Source: the human T2T-CHM13v2.0 reference genome, Homo sapiens. From it: a stretch of 64,000 nucleotides of DNA. The position numbers were made by a program, and so were the translations under genes. Position 1 is the stretch's first letter; the number at the start of each line of letters is the position of its first letter. Positions 12,026 through 25,202 of the stretch are shown piece by piece. The stretch lies in the NCBI RefSeq assembly GCF_009914755.1, contig NC_060947.1, one strand, 5' to 3'. The notes below the pieces were generated by a model, which did not search any database, was not told the DNA's origin, and saw only the letters and a program-made list of their open reading frames with translations.

Positions 12026-15000
12026 TCTACACAGAATTTCTGGATCTGCCCTGGGCCAGAGTGGAACCTGCTGCCTTGAAGGGTGAGTCCCAGGCCAGGC
12101 AGCACTCATGACAAGCTAACTGAAGAGCCCTTGGACCTTGAGGGAACATCTGCAGTATTCTGGAAGTACTCCTTGTGGCCTAGGTGGCTGTGGCTGCAGG
12201 GTGAGGCTTCACTGACTTCAGAAAGGGGAGGGAAGAGTAAGAAAAACTGCACCTGGCTCAGCTGCAATATAATAGAACACCAAGTAAACTTCTGAGGTTT
12301 TTGAATCTAATCCCTGACCCCCAGATAGCACTTCTGGACTCACCCAAAAGTTGGGAGATCTTGTCAACCTAAAGGAAAAAAACACAGGCCTGGCAAACTT
12401 TGCAAACTGCTGATTATAAAGCCCAAGGGCCTTGAGTGAGCATAGATAGTATACAGGGAGTGGGTACAGCAGACCTGGGGTGAGACTCAACGCTATGCTG
12501 GCTTCAGGTATGATCCAGTGCAGTCATAGCAGTGGTGGTCACATGGGTACTTGTGTGACTCCACCCCCAGCTTTTGATGACTCAGAAAAAAAGAGAGCGG
12601 CTCCATATGTTTAGAAAAAGGTAAGGGAAGAGAACAAGAGTCTCTGCCTGGTAATCCAGAAAATTCTCCCAGATATAGTCCAAAATCATCAAGGCAGTAC
12701 TTCTAAGAGTCTGCAAGAATCACAGTGTTACTGGCCGTGGGGTTCCCCCTAAAGCAGATACAGCTTATATCATAACACCCAAGTTCTTCCAAATATTGAA
12801 GAACCTTCCCAAAAAGGAAGGCTACAGTTATACACAGAGGGTGAAGACTACAATAATTACCTAGATCTCCAATGCCCAGACACTGAAGAATATCTGCTAG
12901 TATCAACACCATCCAGGAAAACATGACCTGTACAAATTAACTAAATAACACACCAGGGACCAATCCCAGAGAAACAGAGATATGTCACCTTTCAGAGAGA
13001 GAATTCAAAATAGGTATGTTGAGAAAACACAAATTCAAAATAACACAAAGAATAAATTCAGATAAATTTAACAAAGAGATTGAAATAATTACTTTAATAA
13101 TAATTAAAGAGATTGAAATAAGTAGCAAGAAGAAATTCTCCAGCTGACAAATGAAATGGGCATACAAACGAGGGCATCAGAGTCCTTAAACAGTAGAATT
13201 AATCAAACAGAAGAATTAGTGAGCTTAAAGATTACTATTTGAAAATACACAGTCAGAGGAAACAAACAAACAAACAAACAATGAAGTAAGCCTATAGGAT
13301 TTAGAAAATATCCTCAAAAGGGAATATCTAAGAATTATTGGCCATAAAGAGGAGGCAGAGAAAGAGATAGGGGTAGATAGTTTATTCCAAGAGATAATAA
13401 CAGAGAAATTCCCAAACCTAGAGAAACATATCAGTATCCAAGTATAAGAAGGCTACAGAACACCAAGCAGATTTAACCCAAAGACTACTTCAAGGCATTT
13501 AATAATCAAACTCCCAAAGGTCAAGGATAAAGAAAGAATTCTAAAAGCAGCTAGAGAAAAGAAACAAATAACATACCATGGAGCTCCAATACACCTGGCA
13601 GAATATTTTTCAGTGGAAGACTTATAGACCAAGATAAAGTGGTACGACATTTTAAAGTGCTGAAAAAAATTACCCTAGAATAGTATATTTGGTGCAAATA
13701 TCATTCAAACATGAAGGAAAATTAAAGACTTTACCAGGCAAACAGAAGCTGACTGATTTGATTAATACCAGACCCATCCTACAATTAAAGAGAGCAGTTC
13801 AATCAGAAAGAAAAATACATTAATAAGCAATAAATAATCACTTGAAAATATAAAAGTTACTGGCAGTAGTAAGTATACAAAAAACAGAAAATATTATAGC
13901 GCTGTAACTGTAGTGTATAAACTACCTCTATGCTAAGTTGAAAGAGTAAACAATAAAGCAATCGAAAATAATAAGTAGAACAACTTTTCAAGACATATTA
14001 ATTACCATAAGATATAATTAGAAACAACAAAAAGTTAAAAAGCAAGGGGTTAAAGTTAAGGCTTAGATTATTAGCTTTATTTTTTATATGTTTGTTTGTT
14101 TATTCCTATAGTGTTAAGTTGTTATTCGGTTGAAATTATGAATTTTAAGATGGTATTTGCAGACTCATTGTAACTTCAAACCAAAAAACACAACAGATGC
14201 ACAAAAATAAAAAGGCACTAAATTATATCACCAGAAAGAATTACCTTCACAAGAGGAAGACAGGAAGAAAAGAAAGAAGACCACAAACAAAAAGAAAACA
14301 AATAACAAAATGGCAGTAGTAAGTCCTTACATATAAAAAACAACATTGAATATAAATGGACTAAACTGTTCAATCAAAACATATAGACTTACTGAATGGA
14401 TAAAAAGCAAGACCCATTGATCTGTTGCCTACAATAAACACACTTCATCTATAAAGACACACATGTGGCTGAAAATAAAGGAATAAAAAATGATATCTCA
14501 TGCCAATGAAAATAAAAAAAGAGGAGTCACTATGCTTATATTAGACAAAATAGATTTCAAGACAAAAACTATAAGAGACAAAGAAGGTCAATATATAATG
14601 ATAAAAAGGTAAATTCAGCCAGAGCATATAAAAATTTTAAATATATATGCACCAAACCCTGGAGCACTATATGACAATAAATTGAAAAATCCAGAAGAAA
14701 TAGACAAATTCCTAGATACATACAATCTACCAAGATTAAATCTGAAACCTGAACAGACCAATAAATAATGAGATTGAAGCCATAATAAAAGTCTCCCAGT
14801 AAAGAAAAGCCCAGGACCCTATGGCTTCACTGCCAAATTTTATCAAACATTTAGAGAAGAGGTAATACCAATCCTACTCAAACTACTCTGAAAAATAGAG
14901 GAGAAGGGAATATGTCCAACCTCATTCCATGATACCAGTATTAGTATTACTCTAATACCAAAACCAGGCAAGGACACATAAAAAAAATGAAAACTACAGA

Positions 15001-15547
15001 CTAATATCTCTGATAAATATTGATGCAAAAAACCTCAACAAAATTCTAGCAAATTAAATTCAACAATACATTAGAAAGATCATTCGTCACGACCAAGTGT
15101 GATTTATTTCTGGAATGCAAGGATGGTTCAACATATGCAAATCAATCAATGTGACACATTATATCAACAGAATGAAGGATAAAAGCCACATAATCATTTC
15201 AATTGATGCTGACAAAGCATTTTATATAATTTAGCATCCCTTCATGACAAAAATATGCAAAAATCTGTGTATAGAATGACCATACCTTAATATAATAAAA
15301 GCCACATATGACAGGACCATGGCTAGTGTAATATTGAATGGGGAAAAACTAAAAGCCTTTTTTCTAAGATCTAGAACCTGACAAGAATGTTCACTGTTAC
15401 CACTGTTATTCAACAAAGTATTGCAAGTCCTAGCTAGAGCAGTCAGACAAGAGAGACATAAAGGATATACATATTTGAAGAAAAGACATCAAATTATTGT
15501 TGTTTGTGAATGATATTATCTTATATTTGAGAAAACCTAAAGACTCC

Positions 15548-15913
15548 TGTATTAGTCCATGTTTACACTGCTGATAAAGACATACCTAAGACTGGGTAAT
15601 TTATAAAGAGAAAGAGGTTTAATGGACTCACAGTTCCACGTGGCTGGGGAGGCCCCACAATCATGGTGGGAAGCAAAAGGCATGTCTTACATGGTGGCAG
15701 ACAAAAGACAATCAGAGCCAAGCTAAAGAGGAAACCCTTGATAAAACCATCAGATCTCATGAAACTTATTCACTACCACTAGAACAGTATGAGGGAAACT
15801 GCCCCCATGATTCAATTATGGGTCTCCCACTGGGTCCCTCCCACAACATGTGGAAATATGGGAACTACAATTCAAGGTGGATTTGGGTGGAAACACAGAG
15901 CCAACCTGTTTCA
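15548..15913 (-). mobile_element. THE1B/C MaLR solo LTR
   Basis: tgtattagtccatgtttacactgctgataaagacatacc…; 5-bp TSD actcc (15543-15547/15914-15918). Confidence 0.92.
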
Positions 15914-16093
15914 ACTCCACAGACACACAAAAATATTAGAACTAATAAATTCAGTCAAGTTGCAGGATACGAAACCCACATACAAAAATCAGTAGCATTT
16001 CTACATGCCAAAAGTAAACTATCTGACGAAATACAATGTAATCCCATTTACAATAGCCACACATGAAATTAAATACCTATAAATTAACCAAAG

Positions 16094-16681
16094 TGTTGGG
16101 GAAACCAGCCCTACACCACCCAGCTGGTACCCCGAATCCAGTGGAGACAAAGGAATTAGAAAGAGACAGAATAAGATTTTCAAAGGCGGGCCAGGGGACA
16201 GGAGCCTCGGAGGCTTGCTCACAGCCCAGAGCTCTTCAGCTCCGCCTAATTTATTGGTTTACAAGCTCTTTGTTCTTAGGGCAAATGGGAGGGGTAGGAA
16301 GGAATGAGGAAAAGGATTAAAAGGATTAATCAGGAGAACCTGTGAGTCACTCAATAAGATGTATAGCAGTGGTGGTTTCTGAATTTCCTTGAGCAAAGGC
16401 GTGTGGCTAAACTACTTAAGATCTTTAACTTATTGGGACTGAAATGGGTGGGAGTGGCTTTCAGGAGAAGCCAAGATGTTTGATTACACTCCACTGCTTC
16501 AAGGGAGTGTTATCTCCCCAAGCAACCTGTGGCATGCCACTGAGCTGTTATGCTCTTGGTACATAAAGATATGAAGGCAATAAGGAGACTTTTCTCCACA
16601 GAGGCCGCCCATGGCTCCCCAGGGGTGTCTCACACAGGGGAGACCATATCATCTGGCATCCCAGAAACTCTCTTTCCCACA
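16094..16681 (-). mobile_element. LTR14-family (HERV-K14/HML-1, ERVK) solo LTR
   Basis: Reverse complement runs TGTGGGAAAGAGAGTTTCTGGGATGCCAGATG…CTGGTTTCCCCAACA and contains AATAAA. TSD caaag (16089-16093/16682-16686). Confidence 0.8.
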
Positions 16682-18282
16682 CAAAGAAATGAAAGATCTG
16701 TATAATAAAAATTAAAAAGTCATGAAGGAAATTTAAGAGAATACCAAAAAATTGAAAAATATTTCATGTTCATAGATTGAAGCAATCAATATTGTGAAAA
16801 TGTCCATACTACCCAAAGCAATCTACTTATTCAATACAATTCCTATAAAACTATCAATGACATTCTTCAGGGACATAGAAAAAAAAATCCTAAAATTTAT
16901 ATGAAACCACAAAAGACCCATAATAGCTAAAGCTATTCTAAGCAAAAGAACAAAAACGGAAGAACCACATTCCCATACTTCAAATTATGCTTCAGAGCTA
17001 TATTAACAATAGCAAGGTACTGGCATAAAAACAGACACATAGACCAGTGGAACAGAATAGAGAACCCAGAAACAAATCCAGACACCTACAGTGAACTCAT
17101 CTGTGACAATGACTTCAAGAAAATAGACTGGGGAAAGGAGAGAGTCTTCAATAAATGGTGCTGAAAATGCTGGATATCCATATGCAAACAAAGGAATCTA
17201 GACCCCTAACTCTCACCAAATATAAGAATCAAATCAAAGTGGATTAAAGACTTAAATCTAATACCTGAAACTATGAAATGACTGCAAGAAAACATTGGGG
17301 AAAACCTCCAGGACATGGGTCTGGGCAAAGACTTCTTGAGCAATACCTTACAAGCACAGGCAACCAAAGCAAACATAAACAAATGAAATCACGTCAAGTT
17401 AAAAAAAGCTTCTGCACAGCAAAGAATACAATCAACAAAGTGAAGAGTGAACCAACAGAATGGGAGAAAATATTTGCAACTACCCATCTGACAAGGGATT
17501 AATAACCAGAACATATAAGGGGCTCAAACACCTCTGTAAAAATGAATCTAATAATCCAATCCAAAAATAGGCAAAATATTTGAATAGACATTTCTCAAAA
17601 GAAGACATGCATATGGTAAACAGGCATATGAAAAGGTGCTCAACATCATTGATCATCAGATAAATGCAAATCAGAACTACAATGAGATATCTCCCCCTAG
17701 TTTAAATGGCTTATATCCAAAAGACAGGCAAAAACAAATCTCGAGAAAATGTAAAGAAAAGGGAACCCTTGTACACTCTTGGTGGGAATGTATATTTGTA
17801 CAACCACCATGGAGAACTGTTTGGAGGGTCAAAAAAAGAAAAAAAAAAAAAAAACAAGAAATGAGCTACCATGTAATCCAGTAATCCCACTGCTGGGTTT
17901 ATACCGAAAAGAAAATAAATCAGTATATCAAAGATGTATCTGCACTCCTATGTTTGTTGATGTTTGTTGTAGCACTGATTACAATAGCTAAGATTTGGAA
18001 GCAATCTAACTCTTCATCAACAGATGAGTGGATCAAGAAAATGTGGTACATACACAATGGCATACTACGCAGGTATAAAAAATGAGATCTAGTCATTTGC
18101 ATCAACACTAATGGAATTTTAGATCATCATGTTAAATAAGTCGGGCATAGAAAGGGAAACATTGCATGTTCTCAATTATTTGTGAGATCTAAAAATAAAA
18201 ACAATTTAACTCATGGACATAGAGAATAGAAGGATGGTTACCAGAGGCTGATAAGGGTAGTGGGGTGTTTTGGCAAAGTGGT

Positions 18283-18635
18283 TGTATTAGTCCCTTCTCA
18301 CACTGCTGTAAAGAACTACCGGAGACTGAGTAATCTATAAAGGAAAGAGTAATTGACTCACAGTTTCCCATGGCTAGGGAGGCCTCAGGAAATTTACAAT
18401 CATGGCGGAAAGTGAAGGGAAAGCAAGTCACATCTTTCATGGCAGCAGGATAGAGAGAGAGAGAGAGAAGGGGGAAGTGCCACACACTTTTAAACCATCA
18501 GATCTTGTGAGAACTCACTCACTCTCCTGAGAACAGCAAGGAGGAAACCCGCCTCCATGATGCCATCACCCCCGCCAGGCCCCTCCTCCAACACGACATT
18601 AGATTTCGGCGGGGACACAAATCCAAACCATATCA
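18283..18635 (-). mobile_element. THE1D/MSTA-like MaLR solo LTR
   Basis: tgtattagtcccttctcacactgctgtaaagaactacc…ccaaaccatatca; TSD gtggt/gtggg (18278-18282/18636-18640). Confidence 0.88.
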
Positions 18636-19079
18636 GTGGGGACAGTTAATGTGTACAAAAAAAATAGAATGAATAAGACCTACTACTTGACAGCAGAACA
18701 GGGTGACTATAGTCAATAATAACTTAACTGTATATTTTAAAATAGCTTAAAGAATGTAATTGATTGTTTTTAACTCAAAGAATAAATGCTTCAGGGAATT
18801 AATACCCCATTCTCCATGCTGTCCTCCTTTCAAATTGCATGCCTGTATCACAACATCTAAGGTACCCTATAAATAATACACCTACCATGTACCAATAAAA
18901 ATGTAAAAAAATAATTTTTATAAAATAATACTGTACATATTGAGGAACAAAGATTAGAATAGCATCTGACTTCTCCAAGGCAATCATGCAAGCAAGAAGA
19001 GAGTAGAGTAAAATATGTAACATGTTGAGTGAAAACAGTAGCTACATGCATGCACTTTTTAAAAAAAGGATAAAGATAT

Positions 19080-19285
19080 CTTGGTGGTGGTTTCACAACA
19101 TTGTATGAACAATGTCACTGAATTGTACATTTTAAAATGGTTAAATTGGCAGATGTTGTATACATTTTTACTAAAATTAAAAAATGTAATAATACAACGT
19201 AACAAAGATTACTGAATCATATACTTTAAGCAGGTGAATTGTATGGCATATAAAGTATATCTTAATAGAGCTGTTTTTATAAAAA
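19080..19285 (+). mobile_element. Old L1M 3'-end fragments
   Basis: ggtggtggtttcacaacattgt…actgaattgtacattttaaaatgg and a second gtgaattgtatggcat…cttaatagagctg terminus. Confidence 0.6.
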
Positions 19286-20495
19286 GAGAAAAGGAGATTA
19301 TTCAGACTGAGCATTACTTGTGCCACTAAAAATAAATGAGAAACTCTGACGTGTTGCTATATAGTCTTCAATGAACCAGCTATCTTTCATTACGTTATTT
19401 TCTGTAGAAAAACTCTCATGTTTCTTTGATGTGTTTCTGCCATCAGAAGAGGAGATATTTTTATATTTTATCCTCTTGAATCTTTTGACTTGAAGACACG
19501 GTGCTACCAACTGTCCTATGACAATGTGTGCAGTTAGTAATCATTATGTTCTTCTGGTATACGTCTTAGCCTCCCCCAGTTCAAGGTAGGCAAGGTCTAC
19601 ACTTTCTCTACCCTATAATCTTGCTAAAAGGTTACTATTGTAAAATAAAACTAGTTAGATCAATCAGTGTTAAACCTACATTAATGAAGAAACAGACAAA
19701 AAAACATATAATGAATCTTTGTAACACATAAAAGTCCAATTCTCTGTCCTCAGGTGGTCTAAGAAGCCTTTCCAGGAAGAAGTAATAATATACCAATGAT
19801 AGAACTGGTCAATCTTATCATGGGTCAGAGGTCAGAGGCCTTCTGAAATGTAGGAGTAGGGATATCACAAGACTAACCACATAGATATTATAACACAGAG
19901 AGGTACTTTAGAGTGCCTCATTTAAACAATTAAGTTCTGTTCACAACTTAGGTGATTTATTGGTGGTATGGCAGACCAGTTAAAAATAACTCTATGTAAC
20001 TTACCCTTAATCATCATGCTGGAAAGTCAAAATGCTAGTAATAATCTCTCAGTGAGTACCTACTATGGGCCAGATAGTATCATAATCTGGGTTCCCATAA
20101 AACAAGCATGAGATAAGGACTTGGGAACTTATTCCAGCAAGCAGGAATGTATCAGTGTGTGAAAACAATGAGACAGGGAAAGAAGAAAAGGGTTTAGTTT
20201 GTGTGGATTACGACTATTCAGGTGGCACTTAACCTGAGTGCTAAAGGTTAAGCAGGGCTTCAAATCAAAAATCTGTATAAGTATGTTCCTAGATGGGGCA
20301 TAAAAATGTGTAAAGTCATGAGACAGGGTGACCTACTCATGAGACACCAAGAGGAAGAAAAAAAGACGTTTGAAATTGTGGCAAAGATAAAAAATACCAT
20401 GAATTTGCTCAAATGGGAGAATGGTTAAACAATAATGACATCATCATGCTTTGTAATTCTGCAACACGATGATGATTAAAAGCAATCTTCTAGAT

Positions 20496-21793
20496 CAGCA
20501 ATTTTCAACCATTTTGGTCTCAGGACCCCTTTGCATTTTTGATAATTATTAAAAAGCCTAAAAAGCTTTTGTTTACAGAGGTTATATCAGTTGCTATTTG
20601 CCACATCAGAAATTAAACTGAAAATAAATTATTAATTGACTTTAATGTAATACTAATAATAAACCAATGACATGTTAACATAAATAGTACATTTTAAGAA
20701 GAAACTATATTTTCAAAATGAAATATATTGAGAGAAGTGGCATTGTTTAAAATTTTTGCACATATCTTTAATACCTCATTTAATAGAACACAACTGTATT
20801 CTCATATGTGCTTTTGCATTTAGTCTGTAATGAGATGTTGCTTTGTTTGATGCATACAAAGACAATTCAGCTTTACACAAATTACTAGCTGAAAAAGAAA
20901 AGGATATTTTAATTGCCTTTTCAACAATTTTAAATATCCTGTGATACTACAACAAAACTCAACTGGTAGGAGTCTCTTAAAGGTTACTACAGTGTGAAAT
21001 CTGAAACTGTTTCAGTGAACATTTAGCGTGGTGAATGGATTTTTCTTCACATGGATGATTTTGTAATGTCTGCAAGGTCATGTAAAAATACTGCTTCACA
21101 TTTGTAAATATCATCATGCATCTTATGAAAAAAGGTCTGAGATATTGGGAAACTGAAACTCATGGTGGTAGATACAAAATTTGCAAAAGTTTTAATTTTC
21201 CGTGAATTGTCAAGTATTATCATTGGCAGTAGCTACTATCCCTTGCTTTCATTGAAGTGGCATACTCATTTCATTTATAAATATCTTCAAATAACCAAGT
21301 CTGAAGAAGCATCATTTTTTTTCTGTTTTTTTTTTTTTTAGGGAAAATATGATGTTCCATGAAATATAGCCGCCAATGCAGTTCATAACTCAAATAATTA
21401 TACAAATGCTTTTTCTGAAGATAACCATCTCACATCAGTATGTGATTTAGAAGTACTTTATGTATACTTCTCATTTTGTCATATGGCTTACTAAAAAGAC
21501 ATGTTCAAGAGTGGAACAGTAATTAAAATTAATCATGCTTTCTGCTTCATCAAGTACATTCTTCAGTGAAACTGGAATTTTTAAAACTGAAAGTGCATGA
21601 CAGTGAAGAAAACATGACCACTTGTGCAGTTTGATGCCACTTTCTTAATTTATGCTAAGGTGCAAGCTGTGTTACTTACCATTGGTTTTACACCATCAGT
21701 ACAAATGTCTACACGGTGAAAAAAAATAGTTTTGATCTTGCAGACTCCCTAAAAGCTTTGTGGGGAGCCCTAGACGTGTATGGAGTACCAATG

Positions 21794-21794
<1 letters not shown>
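20496..21794. mobile_element. Charlie1a-like hAT DNA transposon
   Basis: Begins cagcaattttcaaccattttggtctcaggacccctttgca after ttctagat. Ends aaaatagttttgatcttgcagactccctaaaag…, with the terminal inverted repeat eroded at a microsatellite. Confidence 0.8.
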
Positions 21795-21838
<44 letters not shown>

Positions 21839-21882
21839 AGTATGTGTGTGTGTATATATATACATATATACACACACACACA
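21795..21882. repeat. (TATC)11 microsatellite followed by TG/TA/CA dinucleotide runs
   Basis: Perfect TATC units at 21795-21838. Confidence 0.95.
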
Positions 21883-21903
21883 ATGTATGATGTATATCAT
21901 ACA

Positions 21904-21984
21904 TGATATCTTCTGCTACATAATTCCAAATGCATAGTATCTTATTAAGCCTTAACCTTTACTTTAAAAAGAAATACAAAAATT
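21904..21984 (+). repeat. 81-bp dispersed direct repeat, copy 1 (copy 2 at 22985-23065)
   Basis: Ungapped manual alignment shows 7 mismatches in 81 bp. Confidence 0.9.
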
Positions 21985-22089
21985 GACTCAAAATTATGGA
22001 AAGAGAAAGCCTTTGTCCTTTTATTTCTACCTGCACTGTTTGAAAGCTGATTCTGAAGCTGTTCATTTTCCTGTACTTCCAATCTTCCC

Positions 22090-22520
22090 TGCTTCCTTAG
22101 CTTGGGTCTCCTGAGAAGCAAACTGCAAGACAAGATGAGGTATGCCAAATATTTATTTATGGAAGGAACAGGAGGTGAGGAGAGCCTTCATACTGTGATT
22201 CAGTTCTGACACCTCTGAAAGGGGAGAGAAAAGGAAAGAGAATTAAGTAGACAGAGGCTAGGATTACAGGGCAGTTCCAACGGTCGTTTAGCCAGGACCA
22301 TGTGGAGACATCAAACTAAAGTCTTCCATTGTAGGAGTTCTATGTTCCTCCACAACAGACCTTACTATCTTCACTCTGCTCAGTCATTGGCTGGGTGAAG
22401 CCCATGGGCAGTGAGACTTTGGCAGGCATGTAGTGGTAGATTCACAAGGAGAGTAGCAGGGACCATCAGTCTACCATGCTACCTGAAGCATGACATCTGA
22501 GTGGCACATTTTCATGACCC
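22090..22520 (-). mobile_element. LTR16-like ERVL LTR, possibly with adjacent internal sequence to about 22760
   Basis: cttagcttgggtctcctgagaagcaaactgcaagacaag…agagccttcatactgtgattcagttctgacacctctgaaagg. Confidence 0.55.
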
Positions 22521-23395
22521 TGCAATTTACCCCTTGTGCCAAACGAATCCACTTGTCCAAGCAAGTTTTTAGAACATCATCCATTGTTCCCAGGGTTCTG
22601 TCTTCCTGACAGAAATCTTAAAAACAAGAGTTTTGTGAACAAACTACAATCTCTGGCATTGTAATTGATCTTAGGAACATAACTGGCACTTATCTTTATT
22701 CTCTCTTCTCCACCACATAGTCTAGATTACCTTTACCCTCGGCTATCACTGAGGCAGAAAAGTAGAGTGGGCCAGAGGCTACAAAGCACGTCTAGGTCCT
22801 AAGTAAAATGAGGGGATATGTATCAGGACATTTACTTGCTCAGCTTTTCACTCTGCAAGGTCTCTCCATGGAGATAATGTAGAAGGCACTGGCACAGAAC
22901 AATTTAAACTTTTGGAGGTGAATCTTTCACTCCTGAGAGCGTAATATTGTGAGGCATTTTTATATACTTTGATAATATCGGTGCTGATATCTTCTGCTAG
23001 GTAATTCAAAATGCAGAGTATCTTATTAAGCCTTAACCTTTACTTTACAAAGAAATATACAAATTCACAGCTAAATCCTCCTTAATAACAGTTGTTAGCT
23101 GACATTTGGTATATGCTTAATGGTTCCTGCTGTTTCTTGAGAGGTAAATATAATCCTACAGCATCTAATTTCCCTTTGGGACTATCATCAGGCCTCATCT
23201 ACAGATACCCAAGGATATTCAGCTCTTAACCACTTCCTTGAATTTTATTTTATGTGCCTTTATTTTATATTAAAAATAATCATTGCTTTCTTCAAAAATT
23301 TGCTTCTCAAAAGTAACACCATACTTCTATCTTTTGGGAAATAAATTGAATTTGATTTCTAACAAAAGGTTTAGAATATCATTTCATCTCCCCCC

Positions 23396-23396
<1 letters not shown>

Positions 23397-23433
<37 letters not shown>
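23397..23433. repeat. Poly(T) homopolymer
   Basis: About 37 uninterrupted T; no TSD found. Confidence 0.9.
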
Positions 23434-23435
<2 letters not shown>

Positions 23436-24451
23436 AGTGAAGGAAATCAAGACCCAGCATTAAAAAATGTGACATTTCCAAATGAATAAAGCAGGTTAAC
23501 GGCAGAGTTGGTAGTAGATGGAGGTACCATCAAAATCCTTCCAGGTAAACAAAAGAAATATACAATCTGGGACAACTGTTATTTGGCAAGGTGAGAGCTA
23601 AATGAAACAGTGGGACAGTAACAGATGATGATAATGTTTGATAGAATTAGCATAAATTTCCATATTCTTTGATTTGACTTTAACAAATCCATTACATTTT
23701 AGTAATCCTGTCTTTGTTTTAATATGTTCAGTGGCTTTGCCTCCCTCATCTTAAGGGCAGTTATAAAAGAAATTATATTTACAATCAAATATAGAGATAA
23801 AATGAATGCTGTCTCATGTGTTATAAAAAGATAATTACCATGATAACAAGAGTATATTGAATGTAATTTAATTGCCTATATTCATCATCTTTCTTTGCTT
23901 ATAGGCTAAACTGTCTACAAAAAAGTTATGCACATAGCATCGCAATTGTCCAAATACTCCCCTCTAGCCAGACGTGCTAGAATTTTCATAAAGCTTCCCT
24001 TTGGTTGGTTTCACTTCTCTTCACAAAACTTTCCATCAAGCTTGCTTCAGTCATCTCACAATATGCTAGTTTTTAGATCTCTAACAGCCCACCATTGTGT
24101 CTTATTTTTCTCTCAGTTACTTTCCACTTTTCTGTTCAAGTGAAGGAAATAATATGTCATGATATACTGTCTAGTCTTTGACTTCCCACAAAGAGTTGCA
24201 TGTCATCTCCCACACCAGGAAGCCTTAAGGAGCAATTCAAGTTTCCTTGCACTTCCGTCTTTTATCTGGAACTGGAACTAGGGGTAGCAGAAGGTGGGGA
24301 AGTACACAGTTAAAACAAAAATAGAGTGAAAAATGTTATTCATATTGAATGTATCAAAATGTTAATTATTTCAATTTCTCTTAGGGTATGCTAATATTTT
24401 CTCTATGTTAAACTCGCACAAGTCACTAAAATATTTAGAATTCAATATGGT

Positions 24452-24820
24452 TATATTGACCAAGGTAGGCTAGGTTATGCTACAGTAACAAATACATTTC
24501 AGATCTCTGTGACTTAAAATAAGAAGTTATTTCTTCCTCAGAGGACATATCCATCATTGTTTCACAGGGAAGCTCATCTATTGTAGCTACTCATTCCCCC
24601 CAGGTTGTCAGAAACAGCCATCATCTTGTAACATTGCTTGCCACTATACCAGAGGGAAAAGAAGACTCTACAATGTATGACATTATTAATTAAATGATGC
24701 AGTGAGGAAGGGACACAGTCAACTCTGTTCACATTCATCAGACAGAACTAATTCACTGTATGTTTGTTCCCAGAAAAAGAAACAATGTGTGGGGCAAACA
24801 CAGCTAACGGCTATTACAAA
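24452..24820 (-). mobile_element. Old MLT1 (J/K/L-like) LTR
   Basis: aggtaggctaggttatgctacagtaacaaa…gacttaaaataagaagttatttctt. Confidence 0.55.
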
Positions 24821-24900
24821 GAAAAAAAACCATGTTTCTTTTGTTCTCTTGTCTTATGGCCCTTAAGAAAATATTAAAACATAACTATCTTCATTTAAAA

Positions 24901-24929
24901 TATATATATATGTATGTGTGTGTGTGTGT

Positions 24930-24966
<37 letters not shown>
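24901..24966. repeat. (TA)n(TG)n microsatellite
   Basis: tatatatatatgtatgtgtg…gtgtg. Confidence 0.95.
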
Positions 24967-24967
<1 letters not shown>

Positions 24968-25202
24968 CTCCAAGGATCAGTTTTCTGTAACTGCCCAGTG
25001 AAAATGGGAATATCCTCTGAATTGTCCTGACAAGTCTGCCTTCTGGTTAGGTTCTTTCAAGGGAAGTGATCTCACTACCTAAGTGTCCTATATGTAGACA
25101 CTTAGCATTGTTATTCAAGAATAGTGTTCTTTATTTTTGGCTGAAATTTAATTTGTCATAACTGTATTCCTCCAGGTTCTTCCCTCTAGAAAAATCAGAA
25201 TT

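Larger units (their letters stand above)
11252..18921 (+). mobile_element. L1MA1-type LINE-1 (copy A) with both termini, internal deletions and four nested insertions
   Basis: 5' end aagatgatgaaatagaa…, ORF1 remnant, ORF2 start at about 14310, RT-region motifs, and an L1MA1-type 3'UTR (gaataagacctactacttgacagc…). TSD aaaataatac (11242-11251/18922-18931). Both ORFs are disrupted. Confidence 0.88.

Noticed and set aside
23397-23445. Poly(T) followed by gcagt as a second mini HERV-W retrocopy or a strong splice acceptor
   Set aside because: The match is only 5-6 nt, there is no TSD, and no exon support is visible.
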